From assembly GCA_008080735.1 (NCBI GenBank), contig SHMW01000033.1, positions 1-39,471 on the forward strand: 39,471 nucleotides of DNA, read 5' to 3'. Positions 27,205 to 37,800 of this stretch are shown here, one piece after another. The position numbers and the translations under genes are program-made. Under the pieces are notes generated by a model. It searched no databases and had not been told where the DNA came from. It saw only the letters and a list, made by a program, of their open reading frames with translations. Source of the DNA: Promethearchaeota archaeon (GTDB taxonomy: Archaea > Asgardarchaeota > Lokiarchaeia > Sigyniarchaeales > SOKP01). Position 1 is the first letter of the stretch. Each line of letters begins with the position of its first letter.

Positions 27205-27660
27205 ATGATTGAAGTTGGTAGATATAACCCACGAACAGATGAGGAAGGCTTAAAAGCTCTCTTTGAGGACTTCGTCCAGAATAAATCATATTTCCAAGTC
27301 AGTTGGGAACAATTTAAAGAAGAGTTAGATAAACGAGTTCTTGATTTAACTGAAAGAAATGGAATGATTACCGCAAAAGAGAACGGAAAACTTGTCGGAT
27401 GGGGTACGTATTCTCAATTTAAAGATTATCTTGGAAATATTAGAGTTTTAATCCATCAAGTAATGACATTCAAGCATGACTCGTATAAAAGAGGGATTGA
27501 AGAACAGATTATTCGAGAGCTTGAAAAATATATCAAAAATACTCTAAAAATTGGTAAAGCTTATTATTTATGTACGGAAAGCGACAGCTCTCTCCGAAGC
27601 TTATTTTTAAAATTGGGAATCAAAAAATCAGATTACATTTGGTATGAAAAAATGCTTTAA
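27205..27660 (+). CDS. GNAT-fold protein (degenerate acetyltransferase-like)
   Basis: ITAKENGKLVGW, YKRGIEEQII (motif A-like), SLFLKLGIKK (motif B-like). Confidence 0.6.
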   Translation: MIEVGRYNPRTDEEGLKALFEDFVQNKSYFQVSWEQFKEELDKRVLDLTERNGMITAKENGKLVGWGTYSQFKDYLGNIRVLIHQVMTFKHDSYKRGIEEQIIRELEKYIKNTLKIGKAYYLCTESDSSLRSLFLKLGIKKSDYIWYEKML

Positions 27661-27707
27661 AACTTAATTTATTCTATATTAATTATTTTTCACGAGAGGG
27701 AAAATAT

Positions 27708-28445
27708 TTGACGGATCTTAAAGCACAATTAGAAAAAGCAATTAGTTTAAGGAAAGAAGAAGAGTATGAGCAAGCTATCAAACTACTTGAAAATCTTTAT
27801 GGAAATTATCCTGAAGATGAATCAGTTAAGAAAAGACTTGTTGACACGCTAATCCAATATGCGGGAAATTTAAATGATGAATTTGTACGAGAATATAATA
27901 AAGCTTTAGAGATTTTGTTAAATGCACTGGATATTGATCCTAAGAATTATCGGGCATTCTATAATCTCGGAATTACTTATCATAATTTAGGGAAAAATGA
28001 AGATGCTTTGGATGCCTTGAATAAAGCGCTCGAGATAAAGTCCGACTATAAGTATTGCTATTATAATTTGGGTTTAATATATGAAGATATGAACGAGTTT
28101 ATGAAAGCTCTCAAAGCTTATACTAAAGCGACCGAGATCGATAAAGATTTTAGATATGCGGAACAAGCTAAAAAAGATATGCAAAAAATAGTTGAATCAT
28201 TGGATGCTTCGGAGATTCCTATAATAGATAGAATTGAAACTGATTCTAGAGAAAAACTTAAGAATTTATTGAAAATGTCCAAAACCATCAAATTAGATAT
28301 TTTGGAAGAGGTTCTAAATATAGATAAACCAATAATCATCGACCTAATCATTGAGTGGGGAGAAAAATATCACTTCAGGCTCGACGGAGAATACTTGATT
28401 ATCAACAAGGATACATTACCCGAATTGCTGAAAGAATTAGAATAA
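27708..28445 (+). CDS. TPR protein with a C-terminal PCI-like winged helix
   Basis: TPR repeats (AFYNLGITY, CYYNLGLIY). C-terminal SKTIKLDILEEVLNID...IIEW...FRLDGEYLIIN resembles a winged helix. Confidence 0.8.
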   Translation: MTDLKAQLEKAISLRKEEEYEQAIKLLENLYGNYPEDESVKKRLVDTLIQYAGNLNDEFVREYNKALEILLNALDIDPKNYRAFYNLGITYHNLGKNEDALDALNKALEIKSDYKYCYYNLGLIYEDMNEFMKALKAYTKATEIDKDFRYAEQAKKDMQKIVESLDASEIPIIDRIETDSREKLKNLLKMSKTIKLDILEEVLNIDKPIIIDLIIEWGEKYHFRLDGEYLIINKDTLPELLKELE

Positions 28446-28606
28446 ATCAATCTTGCAACCTTATTTCTCTCTAGAATAATGTAGATTTCTATTTCATCAA
28501 TCATATATTAAATATTTTTGGGGTATCTCTTATGATACTATAATTATTTATATCGCGCTGAGTATATAGTTATAAATAATTATATGAATTTGATAAGAAT
28601 TTTAAG

Positions 28607-29347
28607 GTGATAATAATAGAATTAATTGACATATTATTTGGATCATTAAGTTTATTGACTGTAATCGTCGCATTTGCGGTTGGAATTAAAATTATAAGCA
28701 AATATAAGAGCGTGAAAGATAGGAATTTTGTATTCGTGGGGCTCATTTGGATCGGAATTTATCATCCGTGGTGGAGTTCTTCTTTATCATTTTTAATGAG
28801 GTTATTTTCAAATAGTACGGTATCCTTGTCTCTTGGATTATATTTCTTGTTCGCATTGGGTTTAATCCCATTTTTCATGTTTGTTTGGCTTATTGCGTTT
28901 ACGGATATGGTTACCACCAAATACCGTACTCCGATAATAGTATTACCCACAACAATTACAACACTCTATGAGATTTACTTGGTATTCAATGTCATTGTTA
29001 ATGTATCAGTGATAGGTGAATTCTCTGAAGCTTCTCTATTTGATGTAACTTATAAAGGAATTTCACAGTTCTATTTGGTTTTTATCGTTCTCTTAATCTT
29101 AAGTACGGGGATCTTATTCGCTCTTCAATCACTTAAGGCAGATAAACCCGAAATTCAATTAAAAGGGAAACTACTTCTCTCAGCATGGATATTATGGGCT
29201 GCAGGAGCAATTTTTGATTCGGCAATCCCATTATTTATCCCCACCTTGCTTATGACTCGAATAATTCTGATTTCGAGCTCGTTTCTCTTTTATCTTGGAT
29301 TTTTATTACCAAATTTTGTTAAAGAATGGTTTATAGAAAAACAATAA
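28607..29347 (+). CDS. Standalone ~7-TM membrane protein
   Basis: About seven hydrophobic segments in 246 aa and no soluble domain. Confidence 0.75.
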   Translation: MIIIELIDILFGSLSLLTVIVAFAVGIKIISKYKSVKDRNFVFVGLIWIGIYHPWWSSSLSFLMRLFSNSTVSLSLGLYFLFALGLIPFFMFVWLIAFTDMVTTKYRTPIIVLPTTITTLYEIYLVFNVIVNVSVIGEFSEASLFDVTYKGISQFYLVFIVLLILSTGILFALQSLKADKPEIQLKGKLLLSAWILWAAGAIFDSAIPLFIPTLLMTRIILISSSFLFYLGFLLPNFVKEWFIEKQ

Positions 29348-29461
29348 TCAAAAGATTTCTTTTTCTTTTTATTCTTTTTATGTCTTTAAGAGATAATAAA
29401 ATATCAAATGGACAATAATGTAAAAATAAAAAAAGAAGATTTAATTAATTATTTAAATTGT

Positions 29462-29671
29462 TTACTTCTCAATTTCGAAATTTACTTGACACCTGACGCG
29501 ATAAATAAGCTCATCGGCATCCTCGCGGACTTTTACGTCAGATTGGATAATAGTGATGTTTCTAATACCCCGAAGAGTCTTTTTCGCTTCAATATATGCA
29601 TTCTTTACCGCATCAGCCCAGTTCTGCTTACTTGTTCCAACCAATTCAATACTTTTATAAACTTCGCCCAT
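29462..29671 (-). CDS. Dodecin (flavin-binding)
   Basis: VYKSIELVGTS..NWADAV.NA..EA.KTLRGI...YRV...VNF; ATG 29671 preceded by a GAGGTG SD. Confidence 0.9.
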   Translation of the reverse strand: MGEVYKSIELVGTSKQNWADAVKNAYIEAKKTLRGIRNITIIQSDVKVREDADELIYRVRCQVNFEIEK

Positions 29672-29889
29672 TTCAGGCCACCTCATTAATTTTTTGTTGT
29701 TTTCTTAGATTCTACTTAAAGATCTAAAGATCACACACTCTATGTGTGGTAAAATATGTTGTTATTAGCTGATATTTAAATATTACTCAAATAAATCATG
29801 TATGCGTTGGTTTATAAAAAAGATAAAACCACAGTTAAAATTAAAATAAACAAGTAAATAAAAAGAAAATAAGGTTTAAAAAATGAGAT

Positions 29890-31212
29890 TTAGGCGTCAG
29901 GATTTTCAATTAAGATGGCAATTCCTTGCCCGCCACCAATGCAGGCGTTCGCAATACCATATTTTCCGCCCTTTTCTCGAAGGATCCTTCCAAGAGTTCC
30001 GGTCAATCTGACCATAGTGGAGCCAAGAGGATGTCCAATAGCAGTACTTCCACCCATAACATTGACCTTTTCTTCAGGAATACCAAGCTGTCTCATGCAA
30101 TTTAATGCAACAATACAGAAAGCTTCATTAATTTCCCAATAATCTATATCATCGGGCTCCATTCCCGCATGTTCTAAGGCCATCTTTGAAGCTGGTACGG
30201 GTCCTCGACCCATTACACTTGGATCAACAGCCGCCCAACCCATAGAAACAACTTTGGCAAGAGGTTCTAATCCTCGCTTTTTTGCTTCTTCAGCTTCCAT
30301 CATCAGCATCGCGGTAGCGCCTGCGTTTAATGGAGAGGAATTTCCAGGTGTAATTACACCGTCCTTTGTTCCTTCCCGTTCTTTATAACCACTTCGCCCG
30401 CCGATATCTTCGCCATAGGCGTTTTTGTCTAAATAGAATGGTTTTGAGATACGTGGTAAGGTCGCTACTTTTTCTAACTTCGATTTTCGTGCGGCTTGAT
30501 CTTTATCGATCATAACTTTTTCTTCAACATTTCCCTCTTCATGCCCTTCTATAGGAATAATTTCACCGTCCCATACACCAGAAGTAAACCAACCCTCTTC
30601 TTGAGACTTAATCGTTAAATTATGGCTTCGGACACCAAATTTATCTAAGTCTTCTTTTGTAAAATGAGGAGTCTCTTGCTCGTATAATTTTTGGGCAGTC
30701 TGAAGCATGTTGATGGTTGTGAGCATATCATATTGGGGTCGATACCATTCACTCTTTTTGTTGATCATTTTTAAGTTTGGTTTGACCCAATCATTCTGCA
30801 TCGGGATTCGAGTCATATGCTCGACACCCGTAGCAAGCCCAACTTTGGTAAAACCAGACATGATCTCTAAGGCAATCATTGCAGCACCCGCACCAGCGGA
30901 TCCGCATTGTTTATCAATAAAGAACGCGCTTGTATCAACAGGGAACTCTGCTAAGAAGAGAGGTAATCGGCCACCGTATGTCCACGCTTCATAGACTCCC
31001 ATAGCGGTACCAACAGACACTTCATCAACATCTCCTCTCTGAATGCCCTTGTCAGCTAATTTCTCATCGAAAAATTTCATTAATAAGGTTGCTAGAAGTT
31101 CATCACTCCGCATCTCTCCAAATACATCTCTTTCAGGTTGTTTTGGACGAGATCGGGAAAATGCCGTTCTGGCATAATCAATGATCCAGCATTCCTTCAA
31201 ATTATCTATCAT
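29890..31212 (-). CDS. Acetyl-CoA C-acyltransferase (thiolase)
   Basis: QCGS, NEAF, GHPLG and CIGGGQG catalytic motifs. Confidence 0.95.
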   Translation of the reverse strand: MIDNLKECWIIDYARTAFSRSRPKQPERDVFGEMRSDELLATLLMKFFDEKLADKGIQRGDVDEVSVGTAMGVYEAWTYGGRLPLFLAEFPVDTSAFFIDKQCGSAGAGAAMIALEIMSGFTKVGLATGVEHMTRIPMQNDWVKPNLKMINKKSEWYRPQYDMLTTINMLQTAQKLYEQETPHFTKEDLDKFGVRSHNLTIKSQEEGWFTSGVWDGEIIPIEGHEEGNVEEKVMIDKDQAARKSKLEKVATLPRISKPFYLDKNAYGEDIGGRSGYKEREGTKDGVITPGNSSPLNAGATAMLMMEAEEAKKRGLEPLAKVVSMGWAAVDPSVMGRGPVPASKMALEHAGMEPDDIDYWEINEAFCIVALNCMRQLGIPEEKVNVMGGSTAIGHPLGSTMVRLTGTLGRILREKGGKYGIANACIGGGQGIAILIENPDA

Positions 31213-31458
31213 TTTCGAACATCACTTTTATAGTTTTTCAAAAATTTAAGTATAGATTGTTGAGTTTAGTAAGAAAATTAAAGTTTTGGAAAATGATATG
31301 AATGAAAATTCAAAATACAATTTCGAGAAACAATAATCCATAAAAAATTTATCTTAGTTTTTAATACTTAAATTCAGCCAAAAGTATATCTATAAATAAA
31401 TCTGTGAAATATTGAGGTATTAATCATAAAATATTAAAAGAAAAAATGTGAAGTTATT

Positions 31459-32859
31459 CTAAATTTTAGCGCGAAAAGCATCAGCCTTTTCTTTATGCAT
31501 TTTGGATAATTCTGCGCGAAGATTTTGAAGTTTTTCTCCATAAAGTGGAAAGTAATAGAGACTTATAGCTCCAATTGCTATGAATATGCTTTGTACTATG
31601 AGTAATAAGAATTTAATACCCACAATTGCTAAATCTCCTTGAGTTTCAGCATTTTGTTGAAAGGTAAACAACAGAAGGATGCTAGTTCCTATGATGGGCC
31701 CAATACTTTCACCAATTTTATTGAAAAATGCGTTTACACCGAGTATTAACCCTTCTCTTCGAGTATTGTGTTCAACTTCATCCTCATCAATCACCAGAGA
31801 TAATATTGGAAAGTCAAATAACACATAACCTTGAACAACAAAACTAATTAAAAGGAAGAACCACACGAGGATTTCGAATTCTCTCGGCAAAATCACAAAA
31901 AAAGCGACTACATTAAGTATAGCGTGCACTATCATCCCCCAGACCATCAATGATCTCATCTCATATGTACGGGACAGTTTTTTATAAAGAAAAAACCCCA
32001 ATAACGCAACAACCGTGGTAAGGAGATAATATAAAAGAGAGGCAGTAATCTCATCAACCCCAAAAATAAATATATAGGCAAAGATAAAACTTAATCCAAG
32101 TGAAATATTTATTTGGCGAAATGCGCGAAAGATAGTGACGGTTATAAAGGATTTTGAAGAACTGAGTTCTTTTAAGGCCTCTAAAAGTCCTACTTCAACT
32201 TGCGACTCATATAATTCCGGTTTTTCCTCTAAATTGGATGCAACTAAATAATAACATATAGCACAAATAATGGCACAAACTCCGGTATAGATATGAAACA
32301 CGGTCATTCCCATTTGAAATACCACGAAAGAGATCAGCACCGGCAAGGCACCAATGATAAGGAAATATTGGTTATTCAATGACATTTGGTTCCGTTCATC
32401 GGGGTCTTCGGTCAATTCGGGCATTAAGGCGATCCATACTAAAATCACCAGAGTCAAGAGCATATCGAATGCGATTACACTAACCAAATAATGGATAAAG
32501 ATGATAATTTGGTTGGTATAAGACCAAGGAAACCATAGAGAAAAAAACACGATGGCCCATAACACCCCACCCCATTTAATATAGATTAATCTGCGACTTC
32601 CCCAACGTTTATAATCGGTCTTATCACTTACGCGTCCAAGATAAAAATCATTGAGCGCATTCACAGCAACATAAATAATTTGGGCGGTAATAAATAGGAG
32701 TTGGTTCAATACAAACGTATTCCAGAAATAGTCGACGAAAGTAAGTGTAAAAATCCCAGCTAAAATTGTATGAGGTAAATTAGCTAAAGAATAGTAAACC
32801 CGTTCCCTCTTCGATAATGAGTATTTTTCATTCTTGTCAAAATTTTCTTTCTCATTCAT
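31459..32859 (-). CDS. MFS transporter, GPH/MelB-like family
   Basis: About 12 TM segments; NDFYLGRVSD, RWGSRR, PELT..PDER, RREG motifs. Confidence 0.88.
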   Translation of the reverse strand: MNEKENFDKNEKYSLSKRERVYYSLANLPHTILAGIFTLTFVDYFWNTFVLNQLLFITAQIIYVAVNALNDFYLGRVSDKTDYKRWGSRRLIYIKWGGVLWAIVFFSLWFPWSYTNQIIIFIHYLVSVIAFDMLLTLVILVWIALMPELTEDPDERNQMSLNNQYFLIIGALPVLISFVVFQMGMTVFHIYTGVCAIICAICYYLVASNLEEKPELYESQVEVGLLEALKELSSSKSFITVTIFRAFRQINISLGLSFIFAYIFIFGVDEITASLLYYLLTTVVALLGFFLYKKLSRTYEMRSLMVWGMIVHAILNVVAFFVILPREFEILVWFFLLISFVVQGYVLFDFPILSLVIDEDEVEHNTRREGLILGVNAFFNKIGESIGPIIGTSILLLFTFQQNAETQGDLAIVGIKFLLLIVQSIFIAIGAISLYYFPLYGEKLQNLRAELSKMHKEKADAFRAKI

Positions 32860-33069
32860 TCGTTATTATCACAACACGTTTTTCTAATGGGTATAATAAT
32901 CAAATCTCCTATATTAACATTTTATTTTTAATAATCAGTATAGAGTAATTAATTCGAAGCTGAACCATCAATTAATATGATTTTTAATCCAAGATAATCC
33001 TAATCAGATCCTTCCTCAAATTTTCTAAAAAAAATTTTTAATAAATGTGGGACATTATAAAAAACTATT

Positions 33070-33492
33070 ATGAGTCAAGAAAATGAAAAACAGGGCAAAA
33101 ATGTTCAAGTTGCTCTGGTGGCGGGGAGCACATCTGACGAGCCCGTATATAATAAAACAATTAAAGTTTTAGAAGAGAACAATATTTCGTACGAACTTAA
33201 AATTCTCTCAGCGCATCGAAATCCAGATGAATTGGATGCCTATATTAAGGAAAGTAAATCATTAATTTTTATCGCAGTAGCAGGACTTTCTGCAGCCTTA
33301 CCGGGAGTTATAGCTTCAAAAACAGAGAGACCAGTTATCGGAGTCCCTGTAGATGCGAAATTGGGAGGGCTAGATGCTTTATTGTCCATAGTCCAAATGC
33401 CTCCCAGAGTTCCCGTAGCATGCGTAGGAATTGATCGCGGAGACAATGCTGCCTATTTAGCGATGCGTATTTTAAACTTATTAGAGAAATAA
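33070..33492 (+). CDS. purE: N5-CAIR mutase / AIR carboxylase
   Basis: [44 protein letters not shown]. Confidence 0.95.
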   Translation: MSQENEKQGKNVQVALVAGSTSDEPVYNKTIKVLEENNISYELKILSAHRNPDELDAYIKESKSLIFIAVAGLSAALPGVIASKTERPVIGVPVDAKLGGLDALLSIVQMPPRVPVACVGIDRGDNAAYLAMRILNLLEK

Positions 33493-33520
33493 GGATCACA
33501 AAGAGTTAAAATGAAAGAAG

Positions 33521-34246
33521 ATGAAAGAAAAACGCGGCAGAAAGAAAAACGGAAAGAAAAACGCGGCAGGAAAGAAAAACGCGGCAGAAAAAGCTGTTGA
33601 AGATAATGTAAAAAAAGGAATGATATTGGGAATAGGGAGTGGTTCCACGGTGGTTTACGCTGTTAAGAAGATCGCAACGCTGAATAAAAAAAATAATCTC
33701 AATTTGAAATGCATCCCGACTTCATTTCAATCGTATCAATTAATTGTGGAAAATGGATTAGAGCTTGTGTCTTTAGATCAATATCCTAACATTGATTTGG
33801 ATATAGATGGGGCGGATGAGATCGATAAACACTTAAACCTCATTAAAGGCGGAGGGGGCTGTCTCGTCCAAGAGAAAATTGTTGCGTCCAATGCAAAGAC
33901 CCTAATCATAATCGCCGATTTTAGAAAAGATTCACAGTTCCTTGGAGAAAAATGGAAAGAAGGAGTTCCCATTGAAGTGATACCGATGGCATATGTACCC
34001 ATAATGAATAAGATCCAAGAATTAGGAGGAAACCCGAATTTAAGGATGGCACAAGCAAAAGCGGGACCATTAGTAACAGACAATGGGAATTTTATAATTG
34101 ATGCAGATTTCGGAATCATAAAAAACCCGAAGAAGCTCAATGAAAAATTAAAATTTATCCCCGGAATAGTAGATACGGGTCTCTTCATTGAAATGACATC
34201 AAAAGCCTATATCGGACAAGAAGATGGAAGTGTCGTTAGCAAATAA
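33521..34246 (+). CDS. rpiA: Ribose-5-phosphate isomerase A
   Basis: [32 protein letters not shown]. Confidence 0.95.
   Translation: MKEKRGRKKNGKKNAAGKKNAAEKAVEDNVKKGMILGIGSGSTVVYAVKKIATLNKKNNLNLKCIPTSFQSYQLIVENGLELVSLDQYPNIDLDIDGADEIDKHLNLIKGGGGCLVQEKIVASNAKTLIIIADFRKDSQFLGEKWKEGVPIEVIPMAYVPIMNKIQELGGNPNLRMAQAKAGPLVTDNGNFIIDADFGIIKNPKKLNEKLKFIPGIVDTGLFIEMTSKAYIGQEDGSVVSK
33523..33587 (+). repeat. Four imperfect tandem copies of GAAAGAAAAACG(CGGCAG) at the rpiA 5' end
   Basis: Units start at 33523, 33540, 33552 and 33570 (17, 12, 18 and 18 nt). Confidence 0.85.
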
Positions 34247-34427
34247 ACATTAGGTAAAATAGCTCCAAAATTCTTTTTTCTAATTGACCTTTTTCTTAAA
34301 CCGCAATTGGACCTATTAAAAAATAACCATACTTAAAAATCCAATTCAAATCCATTTTAAAGAGATATATAATTATCTATAATAGATATTAAAACGCTAA
34401 ATGTTAAAGAGAAAGAGTTAAAAAAAG

Positions 34428-34904
34428 ATGGCAGATAAGTTTTATCTAAAAATTGAAAGTGGAGAGGTTTCGCAAAATCCGCGTAAACAAATGCATACTA
34501 TAAATAATCCTAAGAATAGTTCTTTTCCAGAACTTAAGGTACAGCTCCCGGTCGCATATGAAGGACCAAAAGGAGAGAATGGAGAATTTACATACACCCC
34601 AGAACATTATTTTATCGCTGCAATTTCGGGTTGTTTTTTCACGACCTTTTCGGTGGTATGTTCAAATTCCAGCTTTAATTACAAAAGTTTAACGATCGAG
34701 GCTACAGGAACAGTAGGAACTAGCAGCGGAGAAAAGATGATGGAAAAGATCGACCAAATAATCACATTAACGATTCCATCTTCGGAAAGAGAGATTAAGG
34801 CAAAAAGAATATTAGAAATTACTGAAGAGCGTTGTCCTCTTGCCAAATCGGTAAAAACGAAGATTATCAATCACTATAATATTGTCTTTGAAAAAGAAGG
34901 TTAA
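34428..34904 (+). CDS. OsmC/Ohr-family protein
   Basis: TPEHYFIAAISGCF and EERCPLAKSV two-Cys motifs. Confidence 0.88.
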   Translation: MADKFYLKIESGEVSQNPRKQMHTINNPKNSSFPELKVQLPVAYEGPKGENGEFTYTPEHYFIAAISGCFFTTFSVVCSNSSFNYKSLTIEATGTVGTSSGEKMMEKIDQIITLTIPSSEREIKAKRILEITEERCPLAKSVKTKIINHYNIVFEKEG

Positions 34905-34986
34905 AGAAATTGGGTTTATAGTATAAAATAATATTATCTCCTCGAAACGCATTAAAGTGGGAAAAAAAAAGATGAGGTATTGATTA

Positions 34987-36483
34987 TTAAATGTCGAGAA
35001 GTCCAGTCCAGGCTTTTCTTTCCTCATCATAAGGAGCATTAGAAACAGTACATTCTTCTCCTATGATCATGGTAGCTCGATTATCAATGCTATAACCCGG
35101 CCAGGTAGGAAGATTTTTATGATTCGGATTTCCCGCCTTCGCAAATGAGATCCATGAATTCATAATTTTTTGACTAATCTCTTGTTCTGTTTCACCGTTA
35201 TGAACAAAATTCCCCCAGTTTGGATTGTCCAATGTGTTAAATACAAATGGAATTTCAATCGCATGGGGAGAGCCAAGTTTTCCCGAAAATTGAGGGGATT
35301 TATAAGTAAAAATATAGCTATAAGTATTTGGATTATATTTACTTTGAGCTTCTGCCAATCTGATGGATGGTATTCGGAACATTACATCGGTTAAAATCGC
35401 ATTAAACAATTCAATCGGTTCCACGGAAGCTTTTCCTTCCCGAGCGGCCCGATATATCTTAATAATTTCCTTGCTTTGTTCTGGATTGATCTTTAAAGTG
35501 CTCATATACATTACAAGGGCATTTTCTCCACCAGATTCGATCATATTATTAATACTCGGCTCTAAAGCGGTAAAAAGTTTGGCCTCATCTAAATTTGTTC
35601 CGATTATAAGGTCTAGATCTTTACATTCTCCCTCTCTAAACGCTTTTAGCGGATGTTTGGGAACGACAACTCCATCTATTATCGGTCGAAATGCCAAAAT
35701 ATTTGTCGGATCCTTTTCCATAAATTTATTTTGCGCATCAATTATTTTTTCTGGCGGAATTTGTGAAAGCTCCTCTAAATCTCCATTCTTAATCTTCAAT
35801 ATTCTCATAAAACCTCTGGTGGTTTTTTCACTTATTTCAGGATCGATATAGGGTGCACTCTGAGCGATTACACGATGAAAAAGTCCTTTTGCTTGGGGTA
35901 CAACTGGTAAGGTTATAACAGAGTATCCTCCCGCACTTTCTCCAAATATCGTAATATTATCAGGATCCCCACCAAAATTCTCGATATTTTTATGGATCCA
36001 CCTTAATGCCGAGACTTGATCAAGCAAGCCAACATTAACTGTTTTATCTGGGAGATATAAAAATCCAAGTACTCCTAATCGATAATTAATTGTGACAACC
36101 ACCACATCGCCTCTTTTCGAAAGATTCAATCCTTCGTATCCGGGATTAATCCCCCCTCCTGTAATAAACGCCCCGCCGTGAATCCAAACCATAACGGGAC
36201 GTTTTTGGTCATCGCAAGAAGGGGTCCAAATGTTGAGATTTAGACAGTCCTCACTTTCGGGTTCTAATTTCCCAAACCATTCTTCTAGTTGCGAATAGCC
36301 TTGATAGGGGCAAGATTTGTATTCGTTTGCCTTTAGAACTCCATCCCATGAATCCAGTTCCACCGGAGGTTTAAATCTCAAATTTCCCACTGGAGGTTTG
36401 GCATAAGGTATCCCTTTAAAAACGTCAATTCCTTTGACACGATATCCTTCAATTCTACCATAATTTGTATTTACAACAGCCAT
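34987..36483 (-). CDS. Type-B carboxylesterase (pNB esterase-like)
   Basis: FKGIPYAKPP, SEDCLNLNIW, WIHGGAF, GESAG nucleophile, catalytic His in PHAIEI. Confidence 0.93.
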   Translation of the reverse strand: MAVVNTNYGRIEGYRVKGIDVFKGIPYAKPPVGNLRFKPPVELDSWDGVLKANEYKSCPYQGYSQLEEWFGKLEPESEDCLNLNIWTPSCDDQKRPVMVWIHGGAFITGGGINPGYEGLNLSKRGDVVVVTINYRLGVLGFLYLPDKTVNVGLLDQVSALRWIHKNIENFGGDPDNITIFGESAGGYSVITLPVVPQAKGLFHRVIAQSAPYIDPEISEKTTRGFMRILKIKNGDLEELSQIPPEKIIDAQNKFMEKDPTNILAFRPIIDGVVVPKHPLKAFREGECKDLDLIIGTNLDEAKLFTALEPSINNMIESGGENALVMYMSTLKINPEQSKEIIKIYRAAREGKASVEPIELFNAILTDVMFRIPSIRLAEAQSKYNPNTYSYIFTYKSPQFSGKLGSPHAIEIPFVFNTLDNPNWGNFVHNGETEQEISQKIMNSWISFAKAGNPNHKNLPTWPGYSIDNRATMIIGEECTVSNAPYDEERKAWTGLLDI

Positions 36484-36649
36484 ATTAGTAAATCCTTATA
36501 AATAAATTAGTTTTTCATATAAAACCAGATTATTGAAGAACTTTTAGACTTACTCATATATAATTTTAACTCTAGTTTGCTGATATTAAACGAATAATTT
36601 CTAATTACCTATGTGAATTTTTTTTATTGGAAGTTTATATTGTGGATTA

Positions 36650-37696
36650 TTAAAAAACAGATGGTAAAACAATTTCCATTTTTTTTAAAGCGTATTTTAT
36701 ATCATCTCTATTTATTCCGAAATGGGTTACAAACCTAATTCTTGTCGAATCAATGGGTAATGCCAAAATTCCTTCTTTTCCGAGTCTTCGGATTACCTTC
36801 CCTATTCTAATTGCTTCTGGTAAGGTCATGATTACCATATTTGTCTCTGGCACATTTAGTTGTATAGGGAGTTCCATAGCTTCCAGACCTTTAGCTAAGG
36901 ATTTCGCATTTTTATGGTCTTCTTTAAGTCTTTGTATCCAATTATCATCTAATGCTAAAAGTCCAAAAGAAGCGATTATCCCAGCTTGCCTCATCCCCCC
37001 TCCAACCATCTGGCGATATTTCCTTGCTTTTGAAATAAATTGGCTAGAGCCTGCTACTAAGGAGCCCACGGGACAAGAAAGTCCTTTAGATAAACAAAAC
37101 ATAATACTATCCGCATATTTACTAAATTCAATTACATTCGTATTAGTAGCGACCGCAGCATTAAATATTCGCGCACCATCTAAATGAAATTTCAATTCCT
37201 TTTCTTCGACAAGTTTATGAAGTGTGTTTAGAATGTGTGGTCTTATAATTGCACCCCCATGATAATTATGTGTGTTTTCTACGCAAAGGACTCTCAACTT
37301 AGACTCGGAATCTTGAATCTTATTGATTAGATTAAATAACTTATCTAAATCGGGTGCACCCTTATTAGAAGCATACGTCTTAACTTCTAATTGGGCAATT
37401 TTCGTCGCACTGTTTATCTCATTTCGGTAAATATGACTTAATTCTTCAACAAGAACACTATCATGTGGATTCGTGTGTGCCATTAATGAGATGAGATTTC
37501 CTTGTGTTCCTGAGGTCACATATAATGCGGCTTCTTTTCCTATTAGATGCGCTGCTTTCTCCTCCAATGCATTTATAGTCGGATCCTCTCCATAGACATC
37601 ATCTCCAATTTTGGAATCATCTAAAGATTTTAAATTATCCCACATTTCTTTGCTTGGTTTTGTTACTGTATCAGATCTGAGATCAACTAATTTCAT
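36650..37696 (-). CDS. ltaE: Low-specificity L-threonine aldolase
   Basis: DLRSDTVT, GDDVYGEDPT, ENTHN, HLDGAR, PLP-Lys in CLSKGL, GGGMRQAG. Confidence 0.92.
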   Translation of the reverse strand: MKLVDLRSDTVTKPSKEMWDNLKSLDDSKIGDDVYGEDPTINALEEKAAHLIGKEAALYVTSGTQGNLISLMAHTNPHDSVLVEELSHIYRNEINSATKIAQLEVKTYASNKGAPDLDKLFNLINKIQDSESKLRVLCVENTHNYHGGAIIRPHILNTLHKLVEEKELKFHLDGARIFNAAVATNTNVIEFSKYADSIMFCLSKGLSCPVGSLVAGSSQFISKARKYRQMVGGGMRQAGIIASFGLLALDDNWIQRLKEDHKNAKSLAKGLEAMELPIQLNVPETNMVIMTLPEAIRIGKVIRRLGKEGILALPIDSTRIRFVTHFGINRDDIKYALKKMEIVLPSVF

Positions 37697-37800
37697 AGTT
37701 TAACTAATAGGTTTTGTAGCTTTTTTAGTTTTCTAATCAAGTTCTATTTTTAAATCGAAAAATAAATGCAAAGGTTTGATTCTTTTTAAACTCTAATTTG

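Noticed and set aside
28607-29347. Rhodopsin or schizorhodopsin
   Set aside because: No DxxxK-type Schiff-base lysine in the last TM helix.
29408-29689. 93-aa + strand ORF
   Set aside because: Antisense to the clearly recognisable dodecin gene.
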